NCBI RefSeq assembly: GCF_964204645.1
Contig: NC_134026.1
Span: 19,068,150-19,132,149 of the forward strand
Direction: 5' to 3'
DNA: 64,000 nt
Origin: Tubulanus polymorphus
Taxonomy: Eukaryota; Animalia; Nemertea
Part shown: one piece after another, positions 41,425-54,400 of the stretch
Layout of the letters: every line of letters starts with the position of its first letter
Numbering within the stretch: the first letter of the stretch is position 1
The notes under the pieces: generated by a model
Told to the model about the DNA's origin: nothing
Database searches by the model: none
Seen by the model: the letters and a program-made list of their open reading frames with translations, nothing else
Position numbers and translations under genes: made by a program

Positions 41425-44400
41425 ACTTTTAACTATTTCACACGGTGTCACCTCCGGGGCTCCGTGCGATCCAGATTTTGGGGTGGATATCAATGTCAAT
41501 ATTTGTGATTCAACGTGTTCTAAAAAGGTTGGCTGGAATAGGACAGGAATAGGAGGGTTTCCTATAGCAATACAGAATGTCTGCTCACAGAAACAGTTAT
41601 GCAATTCAAAAAAGGAGTCAGGTAAATGAGACTGATGTTACAGTTAGTAGGAATGCAGAAGTTTATGTCAAGGGAGGATAAACTACGATTCAAGAAATCA
41701 TACTTCGAAGAGTAGGTCCAAGAGGAATTAAGCCAACGCACACGGCAAGGAAAAAACATTTTTTCATCGTGAAAAACGTTTTCGATGTGTTTTGGCTTGA
41801 CGTGAGCGTCGGGCTTAAATAAAACGAGAGGTTTAATCAAAAGATATAAACTTGTAGTAAAATGTGACTCAACCCCAGAATTAGTAATAGCGTGACACCA
41901 ACGCTTATTTCTCTGCTCACGAGTCGACGCGTTGTTTCGGGAACTAACAAATTCGATATATATATGACGAAGACTATGATTTTTCAGTTGACGATGATAT
42001 CTATTCCAGATGCACTTGGCATGTGTCTGATTTGAATGTAGGAAAAATGGCCAGGAAAATGACCAAGGAAAGAATGGCCAGGGTATTTGCCTAGAAAAAA
42101 AATGGCCACGGAAAAAAGCCAAGGAAAATTTGAGAACTACTGACAATGTTAATAAACATGAAGCTTTCAATTTAATGACATCATTTATTTTTCATGGGGC
42201 TAAAAACAATTAAAATCGGAATAATGAGTTCAGAAATGTGATGAACTTACATCTAATTTCATTATATATAATGAATATATCAAGAACTATGGCTAAAAAA
42301 AAATTGATACCTTGTTTCTCCGCTCTGCTGAGCTTAAATGGTGACCCGGCCGGCCGCCTATCTACCCTATACATTACTTTTTTTAAAACCGTGATCAATT
42401 TTACCATAACAGACCCGGCCGCTATAGAAATGAACTGTTTATAAATTTTATCATATTTTACAAAAATGACCCGGCCGCTGCGGAGAAACAAGGTATCATT
42501 TTTGTTTAGCATATCATGAAAGAATTATCATGCAAGTGGGCAATGGATAAACTTAATAAATTAACTAAATTATTTTCAAAACATCGAAGTAAGCTATTAG
42601 GGCACAGACTGATATAGCAAACTGGTGTAGTATCTGAAAACATTCAAGTGAGATATGCTCATCATTAATTTACCTAAACTAATCCAGGAATAGGTCTAAT
42701 AATCTCAAAAAGTGACATGTCAAAACATCAATGCATTTGATTTCTTGTTAGTCAATGAAATGATGGTTAGTTTTCTATTTAATCTTCCTTGGCCTTTTTT
42801 TCCTTGGCCATTTTTCCTAGGAAAATACCTTGGCCATTCTTTCCTTGGCCATTTTTTCCTTGGGTTTCATTTTTCCGGTCACCGTCTGATTTGGATACAG
42901 TCTCCAAGGCTTACTTCACGAAAGTGTCTGATTGAATGAACATGTCCGAGTCAGTTAGTGAGAGTGACGATTCTTCTGAATCATACAAGTTATATACAAT
43001 ATTGGTTACAAAAAGAACAAACAGAGAGACATGTGACAGACTGGCAGGTGATAGGTACCAAACTGGTCATTGTTTAATAATATATTAGTGGAACATCTGT
43101 CTGAGCACAGATTAATGAATTACTAAATAAACAAATGAGCAGATAGTTATAGTTAAGACTTAAGATATAATATTATCAAAGTAGAAAAGGCTTTATAGTA
43201 ATGTCGTGTTTTTACATTTTAGAAATAAATTCTCGATTTTAAATTCTTTTAATTGTACATAGTGGGTTTTTATCCTATAAGAAGAGGCTTTGTTATATTT
43301 TCCCTTACTACGTTTGGAAAGTTTTCGTCCTCGAAAATAAAAGAAATATGATAAGTGGAATATGGAGACTGCTTGCTGAATATATGAAATAAAACTAGAT
43401 ATGAAATTCAATTAATAAGAAAATCGAAGGAATAAAAATAAGCAAAGAATTGTTTTGTTATAATCTTCATAGGCTGAGAACATAAAACATATGCCTCCGC
43501 GACTATGAAAAATCAATTATCGAGGTAGCCGACGTGTTTTTCGGGTCGACAATTCCGACGGGTGTGGGATTTTGGACGGAGGTATTTTGGGCGGAGGTAT
43601 TATGGGCGTATCCCATTTTGAATTGCCTACCTATTTTACTGATTGATTTTGTTACCAGGAATAATATTCTTACGACGTTCATGTAAATCTGGGTTTTATC
43701 GAATGTGAAAAGAAGAAAAAGAAACCTAGAATGGGTGACAACTGTTTAAGTAGAAATCTACGTAGACACTATAGGACGCAGATGAACATTATCTTTGTCG
43801 ATTTTAGGAAGCCCATAAATATATATCTTACGGCATATCAATGAAAAACTCGAAAAGGGCCCGCTGCTCATCTCGCCACGGTTAGGCGCCTTAGTTTGGG
43901 CGGTCAGCAGTGCTCTAAAATATTCTTTTCCATTTTGTCAATATCTTACGTATTTTGGTTGTCTATAGGGTATCATCTTTTGATGATTTGTGAATAAAGA
44001 ACAAATACCAATTTCCAAGAGATATTCTTCAACATTCGATTTGTCGTCGACATCCACTGCCGTCTGGGGAACATCATCTACGAAAAATGGCCAATTTCGT
44101 ATGCCGCGTCATATCTCAATATGGGACGATTTACAAAAAGGTTTCTCCGATTTCATTTTGAGATACATCTCGACATAAAATGTTGTTTTATATCATGTAT
44201 GTTATGTTGAGTTAAATAACATAAATTCTATTTTTTTATTTTTGCTCAAATGTTGTCTCCAGGGCGCTTCCGTAAATAATCATTATCATTGAGGATCCAG
44301 TTCCACAGTTATGAGTAAGAGTTAACTCTGAGTTAAAATTAATTCATTTTCAATGAGTTAAATCTGAGTCAAATCTTAACTCACAATTGTGGAACTGGGT

Positions 44401-47300
44401 CAAGCTTTAGAAAAAAAATACAACAATCACACCAACGTCCCCTCGTCAAATTCTGACGAAGGATGCGAATAAATAAACAATCATTTGTGTAGTCATGTAA
44501 CTTAAATATATTTCATAGTTCAAAACGTCATGGTAAAAACCGGTTTCGTGAGAGTTTAAAAACTTGAACCTTGATAACACATCTGAGAATCTTGAGATCA
44601 TCGAAAATGTTGAAAATGGGTACCGCAATCTAGTTACTGTTTTTACTAGGGAAACCTCTGAATTCCTGTATCAAATATTTTACCAAGGATTATTTTTTTG
44701 TGTTTTTACTAGATATATGCAGAATGCAGATACCTCGACGGGGATTTCCAGGTAGAACGTTTCCTGAAGGAAGAAGTATATCAGGTAAACTGTCCCCTAG
44801 AAAACTAGGAAATGCAGGAAGTGATGACATTGCAGCCGCTTATTATAAACCAGAGCTTCTCACTGATATCAACGGCGAAACTATAAGTATGTGCCACTCT
44901 CTTGGTTGCAGTGCAAACTGCGACTGTGACCTTTTCCGAAATTGTTGCAACTTAGAAAGGAAGTTTTGTAATCTGAATCAAGAGAGACGAATAAACCTCG
45001 TGAAACAACAACTTCAACGTGCTGATTGCGTGGATGGGTTAATCGCGACTGGAACTTCAAACGGATTTTTTGCAATTAGCCAGTGTCCTGAAAATTACAC
45101 GAATGATTCAACAGTACGGAAATATTGCGAATCTCCGTCGAGCAATATCATAACAACCATACCTGTTTACAAAGATAACTGGTTACCATTCAAAAATATG
45201 TATTGTGCTTTGTGTCATGGCTTCAACATTACCGAGTTTGACGTGGCAAAGGTACATGTGCATTGTTACAACAACACAAATTACATCAATGACGTCATCA
45301 AGAGTGCGCTCAACGTTTCCACTGATTCCAGATATCACCTCATGGAAAGATGCAATTTTGTCTATTCACACAACTATGAACGTCAAGTGATATTACGGCC
45401 ATGTAGTAGAAACTATACCACGCGTAAGAGAAACTGCTCTATGAAATTAGAGGACCCCAATTTGCTCACTAAATGTAACACCATGTTCAATCCTATATCA
45501 GCCGAAGTTGATGGCCAAATAAAAACCTATCGAAACTACTACTGCATAAAATGCGATCTAGGTAATGTAGACAAACACTCCTTGGCTTGCTTGGAGGATA
45601 AGCCCCTTGATAAGACTTTTGGATTGAATGTTATAGTAGACTTGAGTTTGGCAAATGGTGTTAGATTACGAACCCCGGGTATGCCTATCATTTCATGGTT
45701 GTCTAAAGAGATTCTTTGCGCTGACACGAATGAAATTTTTGACGTGGAGACAAACAAATGCTACAAAGACGGTTGTTTTCAAGGGTACCATCAGTCTGGT
45801 GATACATGTTACCTTGATCAAAAAGAATGGCCAAAAATCTCCATTCGTATCATGTTTTCGTTCTTCATCTCTTTCAATGAGACTCAGCGGTTAAAAATGA
45901 AACAATACAATTATGGGCTCGATTACTTCGAGTTTTCCAGTTGTTACATTGATGAAATGATCAAATTAACTGAAATTAGTAATATGTCGATTAATGCAAA
46001 CACTACTTACATGAGGCAGTTTACGCTCCTAGTCTTCGACGAATTTCGAGGCTCAAAAATCAACCTTTCTTTAGTTGCAATGGATTCAATTCTGCACAAA
46101 TACGAATCTTTCATCAACTGCAATTTCGGTGAAGATGGCAGCCGCGTAACGATTTCTAGTTACGAACTATCACCGACGAGTCTAAGTAAGAACACTTTAT
46201 GTCAAGTCGAAGGCAACCACCTTACCACAAGCACAGCAACCACAAACACGGCTGCCGAAAAGTCGATACGAGATGAATCATCAAATGAAATTTTTGCGTC
46301 GTACTATTTACATAAAATCATTTCTGATACCGGTAATGAAAATAAAACGATTAGAACTATCAAATGTTCAACGAAAACGGTCGACTGTGTAAGAACGTTG
46401 TCAGATGAAAATAGATTGGTTTGTCGGTCATCAGACTCGAAGAAAAATGCCAGCCTTTTTTCAGATCAAGATTACCTAATAACTTTCGTATGTAGTTGCC
46501 TCTCGATAATCGGTCTGATAAGCACGATCGTTATTTATCTAGTAATTCCCGAACTTTGTACTATGCCCGGTAAACTTATCATAAACTTCTGCGCGAGTAT
46601 TTTGATGGCCCAAACTCTGCATTTATCCACCACTCGTGTAATCACTAATACATTACTTTGTGTCATCATGGCTACCGTTAAACATTACATGTGGCTCGTT
46701 GTCTTCTTGTCAATGACTGCAATATCTATCCACATGGCATGTACATTCTTCAGTGCTCGGAAATTGGAAAATTCCCCCAAGGTTTTGGTGTACTATCTAC
46801 TATCGGTTTGGCTATTACCTCTCCTGGTTGTTGGACCGTGTATTTTCCTCCAGTTCAGCAATACCACGACTTACGCTGATACGGTTTATGGCAATGTCCA
46901 TATTTGTTGGTTCAAGTCTAGCTCATTCCTCCTCTGCGCTTTCGTAATACCTATCGGTATTCTTAACTTCTTTAACATTATTCTATTCATAAGTTCTTCT
47001 TGTCGGATCAATTACTTGTTCTCCGCAATGCCTACTTCATCCAATGCTAAAAGTGAAAGGAATACAGCAGTCATTTTCTATCGTATGGCATTAGTGACCG
47101 GAATGACTTGGACTATTGGATTCGTAGCTTCTTTCGTTAATAACGATCTGCTCTGGTATTTCTTCAACCATTTGAATTCTTCGCAGGGTTTCCTCGTTTT
47201 CTTGGCTTTTATCGTTAATCGAAAAGTGCTCAAAATGTCTAGAACGAAATTTAAAAAATCGAGGGTTCCGCGGGTGCTTGAAAATGATAAAAGATTTTGA
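41425..47300 (+). CDS. Cys-rich family-B (Methuselah-like/adhesion-type) GPCR; exons 41425-41621 and 44713-47300; first exon uncertain
   Basis: The 866-aa ORF has an SMB-like C-x-CD-x4-CC cluster, FKNMYCALCHG and YRNYYCIKC repeats, and seven hydrophobic segments with PGKLIIN, HYMWL, CWF, GMTW and LNSSQG motifs. The upstream Cys-rich exon joins in phase 1. Confidence 0.85.
42041..42880. mobile_element. Foldback-like element with long TIRs enclosing a second MITE (about 42305-42498)
   Basis: Outer GGCCAAGGAAA-type arrays mirrored by TTTCCTTGGCC arrays; inner TGATACCTTGTTTCTCCGC...GCGGAGAAACAAGGTATCA. Confidence 0.7.
44292..44401. mobile_element. Short palindromic MITE
   Basis: CCAGTTCCACAGTTATGAGT...ACTCACAATTGTGGAACTGG. 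Confidence 0.65.
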
Positions 47301-47709
47301 TGAGCGATTTCGATTACCGAAATACTGCGGTAGACTCGTCTTTTGTTATCAATTATGAAATCATACTTTTCACTTATTTGATGCAATTCTTGAAGACACT
47401 TATTTAGAAAGAATTTACGTTTTCGCTGCGAAATTATAGATGCATGAGGTGCCACTGTTTTAAATATTTCATGCCAGCATCATTCTTTGAAGGTTATGTT
47501 AAGTAGAGTGGCCTTATGGATAGGTGATTTGACGAATTGGCATCCAACAAGACAAATAGATATGTTACACAAATTGACATTTGCTTATTTCTCAAATTTA
47601 GAAATATATTATTATTTTCGTCAAAGTAATTATAATACTTGTATGACAATCTTTCATAGATTTTACAGCTGGCGTTCTATCTCAAAATGTACATACATAT
47701 CTTTTTCAT

Positions 47710-48780
47710 TTAAGTAGCCCAAAGAAGCAATTTATGTCCCTTAAACATCTGTCGGAGAAATTTTCCAATACGCTTTAAGAGATTGTTGGATGTTGTGTTC
47801 ATCAAATCTATGAATTTATGAATGCTCGGATTATTCCGGGGAAGAAAATTGCTTCTTGGGGTGTTATAGTGGATACAGCATAGTAAAACGTGGTACTCGT
47901 CTTCGATTTGAGTGAGTTACAGCTACACAAACGGTTTTCGCGTTGGATCCGTGGCCTGGTCCATCTACCACTTTCTATCATAAGATCGTGGCTTCCACAG
48001 CAGAATTTACTGAAAGCAGTTACTAAACTGGTGTCATTAATATCAAGGTATTTTTCGTAGGTAAAGGATGACTTAAAATGCTTATAGGTTTAACATTTGG
48101 GGCTGGTTTCAATAGAGTGGGACCAGTTTTGGATAAATTGGTCTTTGAGTCTTTGCTCGACCAGTTTTATAAGAAAGGTGGCATTTCCTGCATCCTGTGA
48201 AAACCAAAAATTCCCAAGACCTAAATTATTAAATAAATCACGCATTTTGGATGCCCAGTTAGATGTGAGAGGGTTGTTATTAATCTGGTTCAGGAGTAAT
48301 TGGTAGCTTTTGTGGAGCAGCGTCGAGTGCTTTCAGTATTTTCAGCCAGAATTTGGTAGCAGAATTTTGAGCATGAATATACAGCGGGAAACGACCAAGT
48401 TCTCCGTAAACCATAACATTAGGAGTACTACTGCGGACACGAAGCAAATATTAGCAAATATAATACTCAATAGCGTTAAGATGATCAAAAGCCCACATTG
48501 GACTACTATAAACTAAAACAGACTTGACTAGAGAATAAAAAATATCTAGTTTAACCTTAGGAGATAGAAGTCTAGCATTCAGCAGGTACTTTTTCAGCGA
48601 GAAGAAGGCTCGCGATCCTTGATCAGCAAGGGCTTTGGTGGCTGCTGTGTGTTTACCATTATTTGATATCATAAGACCCAGATACTTGAAAACCGAGACT
48701 TCATCTAGTGCGATACCGTTATAGTTACAAGCTAGAGCATTTGTGGTATTTCTTCTTAGTCCTATTTTCATAACTTTGGT
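47710..48780 (-). mobile_element. 5'-truncated, decayed LINE (RT C-terminus; RTEX/CR1-group-like)
   Basis: VFKYLG RT-thumb motif, IFYSLVKSVLVYSSPMW, then HDLMIESGRW and EDEYHVLLCC in broken frames. Confidence 0.8.
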
Positions 48781-51384
48781 ACATACATACATACGCATAT
48801 GATCCACATGCACAATTCATTAATAAAATGTAATCGCTTATAAATCGTGAATGTATTTCATCACATCAGATCGTCTACTGAACCGTGGCGAGTGACTGGT
48901 TGGGGATTATTTCGATAGCTCCCTTATTTAATAGATCGAGATTTGGAAATAACCATACTTCACGCAACACGAAAACGATACAAAAACAGATATATGGTGT
49001 TACGGCCAGACGCCCGGAAGATCATATTGTCAATCTCTAAATTATTTTTGTCTTTTTCACGTAAAGATAATCCGAAAGTTTATTGTGGTTTTTTCCTCGA
49101 GCATATGTTGATGTAAAAGTCCTCGAAGTTCTGCGTGTTGACTAAATTGAAATGAAGCACATTTCAATCGAATATAAACTTTTATTCTATCACAAAATCC
49201 CAGGTAATGGGTATTGAAGTCTGATGTTGTCCTTTGTTGTTGTCAAATTTGTATCGCTATCATACCATATCCGATATACCAACGTAGCATTGTACATGTA
49301 TCAATATTCTATTGGAAAACGCATAGAAAATACAGTCTTGAATTATCAGGGCCGTACGTAGTGGGGATGAGGAGGGCAGTTACCCCAGAATTTTTGGAAA
49401 AGTCTTTTGTAAATACATGTCATGTTGTTACTAACAATAGAACTTTAATGTAAAATCGTTCACTGGGGAGCACTTTTTATTAGGCCTAACAGAGTTCGTG
49501 TCAGCTCAAAGCGTTCGCTTTTCGCTAATCATTTTCTAAAAGAACATCGATGGTATAAATATAATATACACAAAACTAATGCGTTACGTACGTTCGCAAA
49601 TAATCATTATACTTCTATTCTTGAATAAAAGAAATTTGCAATGCAAGGATTGTCGTTTTCCGTTTCACTACTTTTGTTACTCAAATTTGTTAATGTGCTG
49701 AAACCGAAAAAGGATTCTTTGTTCCAGATACCGCATACATGCTGATATGATAGTTCGTGCGTAGGCATGGCGAGGGCGGCGGTATTCTTTTTAGAAAGGA
49801 TTGAATCTCCTTGTGTTCAAATTGTCCAATCGCAGTGTAATCTTATTAAGTTCATTCTGTATATACTACTAGATTCGATTTTTCCGAATAAGAAGCATGC
49901 GTCTACGGATATGATGAAAATATCGTTCTGTTGGTGATAAAGTTACATACAACGCCGTGATTTGCGATCCAGCGGGTATAGGAAATCCAGACTTGCTAGG
50001 TGAAGGAGAGTGCAAATGAAGTTGATGAACTCATTTACTAGCTAGGTCACCAAAAACTTTTCATGAAAGGCGTTTGAAAATGGAAGGGAACATGAAAAAA
50101 ATAAATTTCTCATCATCTGAATATTTTCCACAAGAATCCTCGGACGTCAGAAGAAAATAAAAGGAGTGAAAATTGTGACGAATTTGATTCGGATGATGAA
50201 AAATGAAACCGGACTGTTTACAACTATCAGTGATGGAAAATGCAGCCTGAACGAGTTCTCTGACAAATAGATAGCGGAAATCAGGATTATTTTAAATCTT
50301 GATTGACCCTGTTATTTATTTGGTCGATTTCTTTCGAGACGATTATTTTTCATGTGGTGTCCCTTACAAACCCGGAAACCTGCCAGGATCGAAACAGGGG
50401 GTTTGATTTTGAAATCGGAAATCACATAGTTAGTTGTGTGATCGGGTGCAGAATTTGCTATATCCCGTAAGTAAATTTGAAATTTCGTTTCAAGTTGATA
50501 AACAATTTCCCGAGCAGCCTGAACCGGCAAGCAACTGATTGGAGATAACTTTATTGGTTAATTATATACATCGATATCTTAGATACATGTAACTTTATTG
50601 AAAGTTGAAGCGCGATCATCTTTATATTATTTGGTCGTTTTCCACGTATGAAAGTTTATTGTAGTTTTTTTTCTCCGGGTGTTGATGTAGAAGTTTTCTA
50701 AGTTGATTGTCCGGCGTGTTGAGTATATTAAAAAGAAGCTCATTTCAAAACTTAAATTCATCCAGATTCGAGTATGGTCGTTCCGTAAACGACAACGAGG
50801 ATGGGTTTCCCCATCAAACGAGTGAAATACCAAGTTTGATACTTCAAATCTGGCGCCTGCGTTGCCTATACGGGTATCTAGTGCTGAACAAAAAGTTGGA
50901 TACCGGTTTATCAGTTTTGTGTTTCTAGCGCCCGTGGATGCGTCGATCAAACCGACAAAGATATTGGCCAAACCGTTGCGCGGAAGGACGGTTATATCCC
51001 AGTTATATCAATTGCCATGTCGGATGCCGGTTTTGGATTGCAATAAGAAAATAGACTATCGTTGTTATTATCTATTCTCGGTTCGTCTTTATTCGATACG
51101 ATCGTCCCCCAGCGGATTCCAAAATGTTCCCAGCAGGATGACCAATAAATAATAATATAAGTCATGTGGTACAACCAGCCTCCAGGCTGATTATTCTGCT
51201 GGTAACAATAATCGGAAAATGATAATAAAAAAGTGCACAATGTCGTGATTAGTGTGAGTTCAGGTTTGCTTGACCATTTCAAACAAGGATATGTCAAAAA
51301 CATGATTTTTTCATAATGAGCAAAATAATAAACTTGATTTAATTTTATTTGATTCAAATCCGGCGCTAATTATTACGCTCATTC

Positions 51385-51396
51385 AAAATGGCGACG
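51385..51396 (+). promoter_or_regulatory. YY1-type motif upstream of the CD2BP2 start codon
   Basis: AAAATGGCGACG about 65 bp upstream of the ATG, a motif common near housekeeping-gene start sites. Confidence 0.4.
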
Positions 51397-51454
51397 ATTT
51401 TAGTTTTCGGAAAGTGAATCGAGTTTTGAACGTTTATTTTAAAACACGGTTGTC

Positions 51455-54400
51455 ATGTCGAAACGAAAAGTTGTTGAGTTTGAGATCGATGGCGAAGTTG
51501 TCGAGGACGAGACCGTGGCGAAAGTTTTACGCGCGGAGAAAGAATCGAAATCTCGGTTTAAGGGGAAGCATTCGTTAGACAGCGATGAAGAAGACGACGG
51601 GCCCGACGACGAGAAATACAACGTTTTAGCCGATGACGATATCGAAGGTAATTTTAATATCATACGACGTAATACATGCGGGGAATGAAAAGCCAAAAGC
51701 CTAATTAACTCTGGTTGTGTATCGCCAGGCGTAGGTCGGCCTTTTTGCGACTCTGCGACCAGCGTCGATCGAGTCGCAACGACCCGCCAACCTACAGGCT
51801 ACGCTACCTTGCAACTGCCAGGGACAGTTTGCCACTGCTAGCGACGCCAGTCACAATGACTCGTACATGTTCTACTTTCTGCGACGCGACCGTTGCAACC
51901 GACCTGACGCGCTCTTGCGGCTTGGAGCGACGCGATTTTTCCAGTAGGCCTAGGCTTAGTTAGTTACCTAATCGTTGGTGGTAAGCTTTTATAATCGGAT
52001 GGGCTTATACCAACGTTAGGGATGACAAGGGCCAAAACACGGTTGAAAAAAGTAACACTTCAAAAATATACTTTCTATCCACTTCAGTCCACAATTAATG
52101 GCTTATTTCACAAACTTACACAGGTACCTTTCGAAATAATCCAATTTTATGCATGTTTCGAGTGATTAATCAACATTATTTTGAGAAATTAATTAATTTC
52201 TCCACAAATTTCGCCATTGGCCGCCATTTCTCTGTATTGCACATGTGGCATGATAAGACAAGGGGACCTACAAGGATTTATATAAAACTTCCAAGACGAA
52301 ACGATAATTTTTATTTTTGATGGTTTTCCAACCTATATTTCAAATCTTCGTGTTTTCCTTAATTAATATTTAAATAATAAATTCTGGTAAAAGAAAAATG
52401 TGAATAAGTGTTGATTTCTTAATATTTTTCAATTTCGTCGTTTCGCTTTGTTAGTTTGTGCTGTTGTCCTGGCCTCAGTCCACAGGTGCCAGCACCTCCA
52501 GTAATTTTCAAAATGGCAGCTGTTGACTCTACGGAAATTTACTCTCACTTTACGGCCGATTTGCACATGGATTAAGATCGTCAGGTGAGGTGTTATAGGT
52601 ATCAGACAAACTACGAATCTGTTGTGCGTCGATTACAACAAAAATTAGACGGATATCTTAAGAGACAATGAAATGCCAGGCAAATTACTCGTCAGTCAAA
52701 TTGGCTGACGAAGATTTCATACAAAAATGAACTTCCCATTCCTGACTGTGGTTTGTGAAAATATCCGATTGTGAAACTAAACCACAGACAGGTTACTGAC
52801 TAGCCTAGGCTAATACTGGAATTCGAACCCAATGGATAAAAAGTTTTGAATTGAAGGCTTCATGAATTTCTTATCGAGAATTTAATCCCCTCCATTTGTA
52901 TTCATGCAGCTTCGCCCATAAAGAGCAATTTTATAGCTCTAAAGTCAATGTAGACATAAAACTGATTACAAGATTTTCTTATATCTAATTGTTTAGGTTT
53001 ATTCGTCCATTCATCCAGAAAGAAGATTGACTACAAAATACAAGTAAATGCATCATAAGTTTCACAATACTGATATTACAACTCTGGTGACTGAACTAAT
53101 GGTAAAACAAAATTCTGGCAAATGGCTATCAGACATCTTCCGAGTACAACCCGCGGAAGCATTTAGAACAAACACGTGTAAATCAACCGTATGGTGCTGC
53201 CACCATGCACCGGGAAAATAACAACTTGTTAACCCATTTTACTTAGATATGAGCATACGACATTATACAAACAACATTTGTCGGTAATCTTAGAAGTATG
53301 ATAAACATTATACATACCGAAATTTCCCCTTATTTGTTGCGTAACGTAAGTAATAATTACCACCGACGAGAAACTAACTTACTTTTCTCGCGGCCATATT
53401 TGAAACTACAATGAAAACTCATAGGTCGAAATAAAGCAAGACGGAAATTGCGACCTGAAACGTCGAGTATGATAAAATATATAAAAGTCGTGGAAGAAGT
53501 CTTACATACCGGCCCTCAAATTGTTAAGAACATAATTAACAATTTCTTACTTAAGAGCGTTAACTAATTTCCAAACGACCTATTAACCTGCTCGACTCGT
53601 AATACTCTTATTGCATACATAAACCTTCTTGACTCTTATTACACTTATTACATACATAATTTTAGCCTTACATTCACCCAAGACCTTAAACCAGGTTATA
53701 GTAATACCATCTACAGCCATTTAGACCAAATCGCTTGATTGTCATTAAGTTGAAACTTTTAGAATATAGTTAACATACTATGCCAATACTAAGATAAGTC
53801 TTAAAAGCTAACACTGCATATTGATTTATAAAATATGAAAATTGATTTAACGATTGCACATACTATTGCAAATCGAAACAACACAATGGGCATAACCGAG
53901 TACCAAGAATTATGCTCCTAAGACAACGGTTACTAAGCCTAAACTAATCAAACCATAATATAGAACTATTACTAACTCAGAACTAAATATTCAAGTGTGC
54001 TCAAAGTATAAAATACAAACTTCAAAATAACAAGCAATATAAAATAGTTAATCACGAGGTGAATCTACCTCTAGTAATAGTACTAACTTGTGAATAGGCC
54101 TCACAAGCGCATTATTAGCTGTTTTAACTTTCACTGACCTGACCGCACCCTGAGAATCAGGAAAGGTCTCGATAACTTTACCCATTGCCCAACTATTTCG
54201 GGCACCGCCATCCGCGAGCAAGACAACGTCTCCGATCTGGAGATTTGGATCGCCAGAATCGGTTTGCCATTTCTGGCGGAGTTGCAACAATGGTAGATAT
54301 TCAACCAACCATCGAGACCAAAACTGGTCTACCAAGTACTGAACGCACCTCCAGCGCCTTTTAACATACAGATCTTTCTTAACAAATAAGCCCGGAGCGT

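Noticed and set aside
41562-42170. 202-aa minus-strand ORF with a signal-peptide-like start
   Set aside because: Its WPFF repeats derive from the foldback TIR array, it is antisense to a GPCR exon and intron, and no domain is recognisable.
49900-51357. Several 70-120 aa ORFs upstream of CD2BP2
   Set aside because: No recognisable motifs, and I could not chain them into a phase-consistent exon structure; possibly decayed TE sequence.
52577-52595. ATCGTCAGGTG resembling the U8 snoRNA 5' end
   Set aside because: No downstream box C/D at the expected distance.
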